Shown here: one piece after another, positions 35,766 to 44,919 of the stretch | Numbering within the stretch: position 1 is the first letter of the stretch | Layout of the letters: each line of letters starts with the position of its first letter | Assembly: GCA_012838865.1 (NCBI GenBank) | Contig: DUOK01000233.1 | Span: forward strand, 3,512 to 67,511 | Reading direction: 5' to 3' | DNA: 64,000 nucleotides | Source: Bacteroidales bacterium | Lineage (GTDB): Bacteria; Bacteroidota; Bacteroidia; Bacteroidales; Marinilabiliaceae | Position numbers and translations under genes: made by a program | Notes under the pieces: model-generated | What the model was told of the DNA's origin: nothing | What the model saw: only the letters and a program-made list of their open reading frames with translations | Database searches by the model: none

Positions 35766-38471
35766 TTATTCAATGGCGGCCTGTGCAGCTGCCAGGCGTG
35801 CGATGGGCACGCGGTAGGGTGAACAACTTACATAATTCATACCCACGCGGTGACAGAACTTAACCGAACTGGGTTCGCCCCCATGCTCGCCACAAATACC
35901 CACCTTCAAATCGGGCTTAACAGAACGTCCCTTTTGGGTACCCATTTGTACCAGTTGGCCCACACCTTCCTGGTCCAGAACCTGGAAGGGATCGTGCTTC
36001 AAAATCCCCTTATCCAAATAGATGGGCAGGAAGGTACCAATGTCGTCGCGCGAATAACCAAAGGTCATCTGCGTTAGGTCATTGGTTCCAAAAGAGAAGA
36101 AGTCTGCTTCAGCGGCCACCAGATCTGCAGTAAGTGCAGCACGTGGAATCTCGATCATGGTCCCCAGCAGGTAGTCGATCTTGTCGCCCCGCTCTTCAAA
36201 GACTTTATTGGCAGTACCCCTAATAATGCCGGCCTGCATTTCAAACTCCTTCACCGTCCCAATCAAAGGCACCATAATTTCAGGCCGGGCATCAATGCCC
36301 TTGGCCTTCAAATTCAGAGCCGCCTCAATGATGGCGCGGGTCTGCATCTCCGTAATTTCGGGATAGGTGTTGCCCAAACGGCAGCCGCGGTGTCCCAACA
36401 TGGGGTTAAATTCTTCCAGAGAATCGACCTTGGCCTTGATCACATCTACCGAAACCCCCATTTCCTCTGCCAGCTCACGCTGGGTAGCCAATTGGTGGGG
36501 CACAAACTCGTGCAAAGGCGGATCCAGCAAACGTATGGTTACCCCGCAACCGGCCATGGCTTCAAAAATGCCTTCAAAATCTTCCCGCTGATAGGGCAAA
36601 AGCTTGTTGAGGGCACGCTTGCGGCCGTCAACGGTGGAAGCCAAAATCATTTCGCGTATGGCTTTGATGCGGTGCCCCTCAAAGAACATGTGTTCGGTGC
36701 GACAAAGGCCTATGCCTTTGGCGCCAAATTCTTTGGCAATTTGGGCATCCTTGGGCGAATCGGCGTTGGTGCGGACATCCATCTTGGTGAACTTGGCGGC
36801 AAGGTCCATGATTAATCCAAAATCGCCACTCATATCGGGCTTACGGGTCAACACTTCTCCTTCATAAACCTCCCCGGTACTGCCGTTGAGTGAAATCCAC
36901 TCGCCTTCTTTATACACCTTTCCTTCGATGGTCATGGTACGGGCACGGTAATCTACTTTCACACCGCCGGCCCCTGAAACACAGCACTTACCCATACCTC
37001 GGGCAACCACAGCGGCGTGCGAGGTCATACCACCGCGGGCAGTCAAAATGCCACGGGCAATATTCATGCCTTCCAAATCTTCGGGAGAGGTTTCGATCCG
37101 CACCAAAATACTCTGGGGAAACTTAGCCGCCTCATCGGCAAAGAAAACGATCTGACCGCTTGCTGCCCCGGGGGATGCAGGCAAACCTTTGGCCAAGACC
37201 TTGGCCGAACGAACAGCAATGCTGTCGAATACAGGGTGCAACAACTCATCCAACTTATTGGGCTCCAAACGCAGCAAGGCCGTCTTTTCATCAATCTTGC
37301 CTTCACGCAGCAAATCCATAGCAATCTTCACCATAGCTGCAGCGGTACGCTTACCACTCCGGGTTTGCAAGATCCAAAGCTTACCCGACTGGATGGTGAA
37401 TTCCATGTCCTGCATGTCCTTGTAGTGGTCTTCCAGCTTTTGTTGAACCGCATCCAGCTCTTTATACAGCTCGGGCATCGTCTCCTCCAGAGAGGGATAC
37501 CTGGACTTGCGCTCTTCTTCCGAAACGCCCTGAAATTCGGCCCAAATGCGACTACCGGCTACATTAATGTTCTGCGGAGTACGGGTACCGGCCACCACGT
37601 CCTCACCCTGGGCGTTGCTCAGGTATTCGCCATTAAAAACATCCTCTCCTGTAGCGGCATCACGGGTAAAAGCCACGCCCGTGGCAGAAGTGTCGCCCAT
37701 ATTGCCAAACACCATAGCCTGCACATTTACGGCAGTCCCCCACTCCTCCGGAATGTTATTCAAGCGCCTGTAGTAGTTGGCTCTGGGATTGGTCCAGCTG
37801 TCGAACACCGCCATTACAGCCCCCCACAACTGCTCCCAGGCGCAGGCAGGAAAATCCTTATTCGTTTGCTTTTTCACTGCTGCCTTAAAACGCTTTACCA
37901 GGTCCTTTAAATCATCAACGGTAAATTCGGTATCCAGTTCGATGCCTTTTGCGTGTTTACGTTCCTCCATGATTTCTTCGAAAGGATCAATGTCCTCCTT
38001 GGTTTCGGGTTTCAGACCCAGCACCACGTCGCCGTACATTTGCACAAAACGACGGTAAGAATCCCAGGCAAACCAGGCGTTGCCCGATTTGGCAGCAATA
38101 CCTTCCACAGCCTCGTCGTTCAGACCCAGGTTCAGGATGGTGTCCATCATTCCGGGCATAGACGCTCTGGCACCTGAGCGAACTGAAACCAAAAGGGGAT
38201 TCTTAGCATCACCAAATTGAGTACCCGTCAGCTGCTCAACATTGGCAATGGCTGCTTCCACCTCCGGCTTCAACAACGCCACCACCTGGTCTCTGCCCAG
38301 CTGATTGTATTCGGTACACACCTCGGTAGTAATGGTGAATCCCGGGGGTACAGGCACCCCAATAAGGTTCATTTCGGCCAGGTTGGCACCCTTGCCTCCA
38401 AGCAGATTCCTCATGTCTGCTCTCCCTTCGGCTTTACCGTTACCAAAGGTGTAAACACGCTTCTTGCTCAT
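35766..38471 (-). CDS. ppdK: pyruvate, phosphate dikinase
   Basis: LGGKGANLAEM, SVRSGARASMPGMMDTILNLG, TARGGMTSHAAVVARG, IGLCRTEHMF, FSFGTNDLTQ, GICGEHGG. Confidence 0.98.
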   Translation of the reverse strand: MSKKRVYTFGNGKAEGRADMRNLLGGKGANLAEMNLIGVPVPPGFTITTEVCTEYNQLGRDQVVALLKPEVEAAIANVEQLTGTQFGDAKNPLLVSVRSGARASMPGMMDTILNLGLNDEAVEGIAAKSGNAWFAWDSYRRFVQMYGDVVLGLKPETKEDIDPFEEIMEERKHAKGIELDTEFTVDDLKDLVKRFKAAVKKQTNKDFPACAWEQLWGAVMAVFDSWTNPRANYYRRLNNIPEEWGTAVNVQAMVFGNMGDTSATGVAFTRDAATGEDVFNGEYLSNAQGEDVVAGTRTPQNINVAGSRIWAEFQGVSEEERKSRYPSLEETMPELYKELDAVQQKLEDHYKDMQDMEFTIQSGKLWILQTRSGKRTAAAMVKIAMDLLREGKIDEKTALLRLEPNKLDELLHPVFDSIAVRSAKVLAKGLPASPGAASGQIVFFADEAAKFPQSILVRIETSPEDLEGMNIARGILTARGGMTSHAAVVARGMGKCCVSGAGGVKVDYRARTMTIEGKVYKEGEWISLNGSTGEVYEGEVLTRKPDMSGDFGLIMDLAAKFTKMDVRTNADSPKDAQIAKEFGAKGIGLCRTEHMFFEGHRIKAIREMILASTVDGRKRALNKLLPYQREDFEGIFEAMAGCGVTIRLLDPPLHEFVPHQLATQRELAEEMGVSVDVIKAKVDSLEEFNPMLGHRGCRLGNTYPEITEMQTRAIIEAALNLKAKGIDARPEIMVPLIGTVKEFEMQAGIIRGTANKVFEERGDKIDYLLGTMIEIPRAALTADLVAAEADFFSFGTNDLTQMTFGYSRDDIGTFLPIYLDKGILKHDPFQVLDQEGVGQLVQMGTQKGRSVKPDLKVGICGEHGGEPSSVKFCHRVGMNYVSCSPYRVPIARLAAAQAAIE

Positions 38472-38610
38472 AACTGTTGGTTTTACAGAGTTAAAATCCT
38501 TGCTTCATTACAAATAAACTGATTTTTTTTGACTTTTTAACTATACAACTCAAACCAACAACACTAAAATAATGTTAAGAATACACAATTTAAGAATCCT
38601 TAAAACTTGT

Positions 38611-38640
38611 AAAAATAAAGGCCGCCCCAAGGCAGCCTTT
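38611..38640 (-). terminator. intrinsic terminator after the DHOD-like gene
   Basis: Hairpin AAGGCCGCC-CCAA-GGCAGCCTT with an A-tract on the plus side. Confidence 0.6.
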
Positions 38641-38670
38641 TCAACAGTATTTCTGGTTCGGCCAAGCGGT

Positions 38671-39684
38671 TTAATTCACCGGATATTTATCGGTGTAGGT
38701 CTTAGATTTCATAAGAAAATCAACATACTGTGCCCGCTTATAGGCATAAGGATCGTCCTTGAGACTGGTACTCGAAAGCTTTCCACGAAAGGCATCCACC
38801 GACTTATAGCCTTTTTGACTCATCCAACTGGTCAATTCCTCCAACATAGCTGCAAGGCCCTTGAATCCCTTCCTGTAAACAGCACTAACCACCTGCACGG
38901 CATCTGCCCCGGCCAGCAGAGCAGCTATCAAATCTTTCCCTTCCAAAATACCTGTGTTGGCACACAAAGACCCATTCAGTTTGCCATGCAGCAGCCCCAT
39001 ATACCGCAAAGAAAGGCGACTGTCGCCGGCCTGGCTCAAATTATAAGGCATTTCGAGCGCCTCTGTTTCCACGTTGATATCGGGCTGGAAAAGCCGATTA
39101 AAAAGCACAAAACCGGCAGCCCCTGCCCCGTCCAACCGGGAAATGAAGGAAAGCGGATTGGTATAGTAAGGACTGAGCTTCACGGCTACCGGTATATTTA
39201 CCTTTTTCAAAACCCGCTTAAGCACTTCCACCTGCTCCGATTCAATAGCCGCGGGGTCCTGGTTGCCATCGCTCAGGGCGGCATAGAAATTCAACTCCAG
39301 GGCATCCACTCCTGTTTCGGCCAGATGCCGGGCATAGTCCTCCCAGCTCTCTTTATAAAGACAGTTGAGACTGGCAATAACAGGAATATCGAGGGTTTCC
39401 TTGAGTTCACGGAGAGCCAGAAGATGGGCTTTGGGTCCGGCATGCTCCACCTTAGGAAACAAATTAATCATCTCCGCATTGCGATCGTCGTAGGCATGCA
39501 AGTCATCGTCCAGTTCCGCCGCCTCCAGGTTCAGTTGCTCCTCAAAAAGGGATTTAAAAACAATGGCAGCGGCACCGGCTTGCTGCAACTCCAACGCCTT
39601 CTTAAGATCCAGCGTAAGATTAGAAGCCCCGACTATCAGCGGGTTTTTCAGCTTCAAGCCCAAATAAGAAATTGAGAGGTCCAT
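38671..39684 (-). CDS. dihydroorotate-dehydrogenase-like FMN protein (PFOR-associated)
   Basis: YLGLKLKNPLIVGAS, VFKSLFEEQL, PVIASLN, VKLSPY, VLFNRLFQPDI, AGADAVQVVS. Confidence 0.85.
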   Translation of the reverse strand: MDLSISYLGLKLKNPLIVGASNLTLDLKKALELQQAGAAAIVFKSLFEEQLNLEAAELDDDLHAYDDRNAEMINLFPKVEHAGPKAHLLALRELKETLDIPVIASLNCLYKESWEDYARHLAETGVDALELNFYAALSDGNQDPAAIESEQVEVLKRVLKKVNIPVAVKLSPYYTNPLSFISRLDGAGAAGFVLFNRLFQPDINVETEALEMPYNLSQAGDSRLSLRYMGLLHGKLNGSLCANTGILEGKDLIAALLAGADAVQVVSAVYRKGFKGLAAMLEELTSWMSQKGYKSVDAFRGKLSSTSLKDDPYAYKRAQYVDFLMKSKTYTDKYPVN

Positions 39685-39765
39685 ATAAAAATTTTTAAAG
39701 GTTGTTGCGATAAGAAAATACTCTATTAAAGTACAAATAACTTACTGAAAGAAAAAGCCTGAACC

Positions 39766-39794
39766 AAAAAAAGGGCACCTTACGGTGCCCTTTT
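39766..39794 (-). terminator. intrinsic terminator after PFOR
   Basis: Perfect stem GGGCACC/GGTGCCC with a GTAA tetraloop and U7 on minus. Confidence 0.85.
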
Positions 39795-39816
39795 AACTTA
39801 TTTACTTGTTCTAAAG

Positions 39817-42800
39817 CTATTCTTCCAGCTTATAATCCAGCACGGACAAACGCTTATAGGAGCTGTAACGCCATTTGGCATTTTTCTCAGCCGCCACAAA
39901 CAATTCCTTGGCCGACTCAGGGAAGGCCTTCAGCAGCGAGGTATAACGCACCTCTCCTTTAAGGAAGTCCTGGAACTTATCCCATTGCGGCTCCTTAGAA
40001 TCGAGCACGAAGGGATTCTTACCCTCTTCTTCCAACATGGGATTGTAGCGCCAGAGCGACCAGTAACCACACTCTACGGCACGCTTGGTCTCATCCTGCG
40101 TATTGCCCATGCCACGCAATAAGCCGTGACTGATACAGGGCGAGTAGGCGATAATCAGGGAAGGACCGGGATAGGCTTCAGCCTCTTTCAGCGCCTTGAA
40201 GTACTGTGCCTGATTGGCACCCATACCCACCTGGGCAACATACACATAACCATAAGTAGTTGCCATCAGTCCCAAATCCTTTTTACGGATTCGCTTACCG
40301 GCAGCGGCAAACTTAGCCACAGCACCAACGGGGGTCGACTTGGAGGCCTGACCTCCGGTATTGGAATAAACCTCGGTGTCCATCACAAGAATATTGATGT
40401 CCTTTCCGCTGGCAATTACGTGGTCCAAACCACCGTAACCGATGTCGTAGGCCCATCCGTCGCCACCAAAGACCCAAACCGATTTCTTCACCAGATAGTC
40501 TTTGAGTGCCAAGATCTCAGCTGCCACTGCATGCTGCTCACTCTCCAGAGCCTTCAGAACGGCATTGGACACCTCGCGGGTCTTGCTGCCGTCTTCCTTG
40601 GCTTCTAACCAGGCCTCAAATGCGGCCTTGGTTGCAGGAGCCACTTCAGCCAGGGCAGCCTTCATCTTCAGCTCAATGCGCTCACGCAGCTTCTCCACAC
40701 CGGTGGCCATTCCCAAGCCGTATTCGGCGTTGTCCTCAAACAAAGAGTTGGCCCAGGCGGGACCACAGCCGTTGGCGTTGGTGGTATAGGGTGTAGAAGG
40801 CGCAGAACCGCCATAAATGGAAGAACAGCCTGTTGCATTGGCAATCATCATGCGATCGCCAAATAATTGGGTAATCAACTTAATGTAAGGCGTCTCACCA
40901 CAACCGGCACAAGCTCCGGAAAATTCGAACAAGGGCTTGGCAAACTGAGAAGCTTTCAGGTTCATGAATTTGTCCTGAACGGTATCCTTAATGGTTACCT
41001 TGTTGGCCATATAGTCCCAACGCTCCACTTCGCCCATTTGCGTATCGAGCGGCTTCATCACAAGCGACTTGGTTTTTGAGGGACAAACCTCGGCACAGTT
41101 GCCACAACCGGTACAATCGAGTACACTTACCTGAATGCGGAAGTGCAGACCATCAAAGGCTTTACCATTGGGCTTGCGCGTAGTTGTTCCGTCCGGCGCC
41201 TTCTCCAACTCACTGTCGTCGAGCAGGAAGGGGCGAATGGCGGCGTGGGGACAAACATAGGAACACTGGTTACACTGAATACAGTTTTCGTCGATCCACT
41301 CAGGAACGTTAACGGCAATGCCACGCTTTTCGTAAGCAGCTGTTCCCTGTGGAAAGGTCCCGTCCTCGCGACCAATAAAAGCGCTGACCGGCAAATCATC
41401 ACCCTTCTGCGCGTTGATGGGGAATACAATATTTTTGATGAACTCGGGCACGTCCTGACCATTGGCTTTTTCATCGGCCAACTTGGCCCATTCGGCAGGA
41501 ACATCCACCTTGGTCACATCTCCACCACGATCAATGGCGGCGTGGTTCATTTTCACCACAGCCTCACCTTTGCGACCAAAAGACTTAACGACAAACTTCT
41601 TCATCTGATCTACGGCCTCATCGTAAGGAATTACCTCAGCAATTTTAAAGAAGGCCGATTGCATAATGGTATTGGTACGATTACCCAAACCAATTTCTTC
41701 TGCGATGGCGGTTGCGTTGATGATGTAGAAATTAATATCGTTTTTCGCCAAATAACGCTTCACATCATTGGGCAGCCGATCCTTGGTTTCCTCAGCCTCC
41801 CAGTGACTGTTTAAAAGGAAGGTGCCGCCTTTCTTGAGCCCCTTAAGCATATCGTAACGTCCCAAATAAGCAGGTACGTGACAGGCCACAAAATCAGGGG
41901 TGTTCACCAGGTAGGGCGAACGAATAGGAGTATCGCCAAAACGCAAGTGAGAAATGGTAATTCCGCCCGACTTCTTAGAGTCGTAGGCGAAGTAGGCCTG
42001 GGCATACTTATCGGTATTGTCTCCGATAATTTTTATGGAGTTTTTATTGGCACCCACGGTACCGTCTGAACCCAAGCCATAAAATTTGCCGGCAAAAGTA
42101 CCTGCGGCACTCAAATCTACCTCCTCCTGCAAAGGCAGAGAAGTAAAGGTAACGTCGTCGACAATACCTACAGTAAACTGATTTTTAGGCTCATTCAATT
42201 TCAGGTTGTCAAAAACAGAAAGAATCTGAGCCGGTGTAGTATCCTTGCTCGATAAGCCATAACGGCCGCCTACAACCAAGGGGGCATTTTCTTTTCCATA
42301 GAACAATTCACGCACATCCAGGTACAAAGGATCGCCATTGGCACCGGGCTCCTTGGTACGGTCGAGCACAGCTACGCGCTTCACGCTCTTGGGGAAGGCT
42401 TCCATAAAATATTTGGCTGAGAAAGGACGGTACAAGTGTACCGAAATGAGCCCCACCTTCTCCCCTTTGTTATTCAGGTAATCGATGGTCTCCTTAATGG
42501 CATCGGTCACCGAACCCATAGCCACAATGATGTTTTCAGCATCAGCAGCACCATAATAAGTAAAGGGTCGGTATTTCCTTCCCGTGATCTCCGAAATCTT
42601 GTCCATATAATCGGCAACGATGTCGGGAATGGCGTTATAAAAACGGTTGGCCGCCTCACGCGACTGGAAATAAATATCGGGATTCTGAGCGGTTCCACGA
42701 GTCACCGGACGCTCGGGATTCAGAGAATTGTCACGGAATTTCTTCAGGGCATCCTGGTCAATCAAAGCTGCCAGTGCATTCTGATCAATTTCTTCAATCT

Positions 42801-43350
42801 TCTGAATCTCGTGTGAAGTCCGGAAACCATCAAAGAAGTGCATAAAAGGGATACGCGTTTTAATGGCAGCGAGGTGCGCAATACCAGCAAGATCCATAAC
42901 CTCCTGAACACTTCCGGTTGCCAGCATGGCAAAACCACTCTGACGGGTCGACATAACGTCGCTGTGGTCACCAAAAATGGACAGCGCCTGAGCGGCCAGA
43001 CTTCGTGCACTCACATGGAATACGCCGGGCAACAATTCACCGGCAATCTTATACATATTGGGGATCATCAGCAACAATCCCTGTGAAGCAGTAAAGGTAG
43101 AGGTCAGGGCGCCGGCCTGCAAGGCTCCGTGAACGGCTCCGGCCGCACCGGCTTCCGACTGCATTTCCTCCAACTTGACCGTTTCTCCGAAAATGTTCTT
43201 TTTTCCGCCTGCTGCCCACTCATCCACATACTCAGCCATAGTGGAAGAAGGCGTAATGGGATAAATTGCAGCCACTTCGCTGAACATGTAAGCGATGTGT
43301 GCGGCAGCATAGTTCCCATCACAGGTAATGAACTTCTTTGCTTTTGCCAT
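39817..43350 (-). CDS. nifJ: pyruvate:ferredoxin (flavodoxin) oxidoreductase
   Basis: YPITPSS, MQSEAGAAG, two ferredoxin motifs (CIQCNQC...CPH, CTGCGNC...CP), FSGACAGCGETPY, GGDGWAYDIG, YSNTGGQ. Confidence 0.98.
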   Translation of the reverse strand: MAKAKKFITCDGNYAAAHIAYMFSEVAAIYPITPSSTMAEYVDEWAAGGKKNIFGETVKLEEMQSEAGAAGAVHGALQAGALTSTFTASQGLLLMIPNMYKIAGELLPGVFHVSARSLAAQALSIFGDHSDVMSTRQSGFAMLATGSVQEVMDLAGIAHLAAIKTRIPFMHFFDGFRTSHEIQKIEEIDQNALAALIDQDALKKFRDNSLNPERPVTRGTAQNPDIYFQSREAANRFYNAIPDIVADYMDKISEITGRKYRPFTYYGAADAENIIVAMGSVTDAIKETIDYLNNKGEKVGLISVHLYRPFSAKYFMEAFPKSVKRVAVLDRTKEPGANGDPLYLDVRELFYGKENAPLVVGGRYGLSSKDTTPAQILSVFDNLKLNEPKNQFTVGIVDDVTFTSLPLQEEVDLSAAGTFAGKFYGLGSDGTVGANKNSIKIIGDNTDKYAQAYFAYDSKKSGGITISHLRFGDTPIRSPYLVNTPDFVACHVPAYLGRYDMLKGLKKGGTFLLNSHWEAEETKDRLPNDVKRYLAKNDINFYIINATAIAEEIGLGNRTNTIMQSAFFKIAEVIPYDEAVDQMKKFVVKSFGRKGEAVVKMNHAAIDRGGDVTKVDVPAEWAKLADEKANGQDVPEFIKNIVFPINAQKGDDLPVSAFIGREDGTFPQGTAAYEKRGIAVNVPEWIDENCIQCNQCSYVCPHAAIRPFLLDDSELEKAPDGTTTRKPNGKAFDGLHFRIQVSVLDCTGCGNCAEVCPSKTKSLVMKPLDTQMGEVERWDYMANKVTIKDTVQDKFMNLKASQFAKPLFEFSGACAGCGETPYIKLITQLFGDRMMIANATGCSSIYGGSAPSTPYTTNANGCGPAWANSLFEDNAEYGLGMATGVEKLRERIELKMKAALAEVAPATKAAFEAWLEAKEDGSKTREVSNAVLKALESEQHAVAAEILALKDYLVKKSVWVFGGDGWAYDIGYGGLDHVIASGKDINILVMDTEVYSNTGGQASKSTPVGAVAKFAAAGKRIRKKDLGLMATTYGYVYVAQVGMGANQAQYFKALKEAEAYPGPSLIIAYSPCISHGLLRGMGNTQDETKRAVECGYWSLWRYNPMLEEEGKNPFVLDSKEPQWDKFQDFLKGEVRYTSLLKAFPESAKELFVAAEKNAKWRYSSYKRLSVLDYKLEE

Positions 43351-43418
43351 TTGTCTATTCTCTTAACAGTTAAAAAATCATTTAATTATTCTCGCTATCT
43401 TCAACAGGCCAGGCCTGA

Positions 43419-44606
43419 TTAATCCAAAAAACCAAACAACCAGAGCGGCACCTCCCTGCCCCGACCAATTTCTTCCATATCGCAGGCATACCACAACTCC
43501 TGTCCCTTTGCGGCCTTTCCGGAAGCAAGGCCGGGCCTTCCAACATTAAAAGAAAGTCGGTTGTCAATTAAGAAGTCGGCTTTGCGATTATAGGCCACCT
43601 GATGCCTTAAGCCCACCTGGTTACAAAAAAAAGTTTTGTGCAACACCTCTGCCGAAACGTCTCCCCGTGCCACAGAGAATGCCAAATTTGGGTTCTCCAA
43701 ATAAACTTCTGCAGGTTTTTTCAAAGGGTCGGCCTCCCCTTCGTAAAGCAGATGCACCAAACTGGCCTGCTTCAAATACTTCAAATAATTAATGATGGTG
43801 GCCCTGCTGGTCTCCACTTCATTGCTCAGGCGACTCACATTGGGTTGAAAAGGAGCCGAAGAGGCGATAAGATACAACAGTTTCCTTAATTTCGGAAGAT
43901 ATTTCAGCTCAATCTGTTGCAGATAACTGATATCGATCTCCAGAATAAGATTGATGTTTTTTAGGAGGTTTTCGAGATAATTGCTCTTCTCCTGAAAAAA
44001 GGGATAATATCCATGATGCAGATAGTCGTTAAAAAAAGCAAGGGGTTTGATCTTATCAACAATATCGGTGGCGATGGCAACATGATTGCTCAAAACCTCC
44101 TCCAGAGAAATGGGTTTGAAATTATTGCCCGTTACATGATTCAGATACTCCCTTAACGAAAAACCCTCCAGGTTGTAGATCCGCGCCCGACGTTCCAGTT
44201 CCGCATTATCCCTATCGGCCAACATCAGGGGAGAACCACTAAAAACGATGCGTAAATCATTTAAGTTATCGTAACACCAGACCAACTCCTCTTCCCAACC
44301 CGGATACTTAAAAACCTGGTCCAAAACCAAGGTCTGTCCACCTGTTTTCTGAAACTCATCGGCAAAAGAAATCAGGGAGCGGTTCGAGAAGTAAAGATTG
44401 TTCAGGTTCACGTACAAGCAGGCCTTATCGCTGCCGTAGGCCGTCTGAATGTAATCCAGCAAAAAAGTGGTTTTACCCACGCCCCGTGTGCCCACAACAC
44501 CAATCAACCGGTCCTCCCAATTAATAAGGTCCATCAACCCACGGTGAACGGGAACATTCAGATGCTCCAGCAGGTATTTGTGCGTTTTAAAAAAGGCCTG
44601 CATCAT
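43419..44606 (-). CDS. AAA+ family ATPase (AAA_14 + DUF4143-like)
   Basis: Walker A GTRGVGKT, Walker B-like VLDQ, SGSP, GFSLREYL, GYYPFF, YLENPNL. Confidence 0.8.
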   Translation of the reverse strand: MMQAFFKTHKYLLEHLNVPVHRGLMDLINWEDRLIGVVGTRGVGKTTFLLDYIQTAYGSDKACLYVNLNNLYFSNRSLISFADEFQKTGGQTLVLDQVFKYPGWEEELVWCYDNLNDLRIVFSGSPLMLADRDNAELERRARIYNLEGFSLREYLNHVTGNNFKPISLEEVLSNHVAIATDIVDKIKPLAFFNDYLHHGYYPFFQEKSNYLENLLKNINLILEIDISYLQQIELKYLPKLRKLLYLIASSAPFQPNVSRLSNEVETSRATIINYLKYLKQASLVHLLYEGEADPLKKPAEVYLENPNLAFSVARGDVSAEVLHKTFFCNQVGLRHQVAYNRKADFLIDNRLSFNVGRPGLASGKAAKGQELWYACDMEEIGRGREVPLWLFGFLD

Positions 44607-44631
44607 AGCTTACAAATATCAACTTGTCTTA

Positions 44632-44639
44632 CAAAGTTA
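44632..44639 (-). promoter_or_regulatory. -7 element TAACTTTG for the AAA ATPase
   Basis: TAnnTTTG match 25 nt upstream of the start. Confidence 0.55.
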
Positions 44640-44821
44640 ATATTTACCAAGGCACTTTTGCTATACAGAGATAGCAACCGAAGGTCAATTATGTTATTTA
44701 TAACTGGTAAAAATAAGCCGACTTTCACAAAAATGCCGGCCACCAACACTTTCGAAGCACCAGCACTGCAAATGTTATTTTTTAACGGACAGCTGACCTG
44801 GACGCAGTTTGAAACAAGTCT

Positions 44822-44862
44822 AAATAAAAAAAGAGGTCCTGCCGGACCTCTTTTTTTTATTT
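44822..44862. terminator. bidirectional intrinsic terminator downstream of rho
   Basis: AAATAAAAAAAGAGGTCC-TGCC-GGACCTCTTTTTTTTATTT inverted repeat. Confidence 0.85.
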
Positions 44863-44919
44863 CACCATATTGATCCTTCCTGGCAAATAAACCGGGAAGA
44901 CTGATAAACAAGATAAAAG

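Noticed and set aside
38572-39675. 367-aa plus-strand ORF
   Set aside because: Antisense to the DHOD-like gene, with no recognisable domain.
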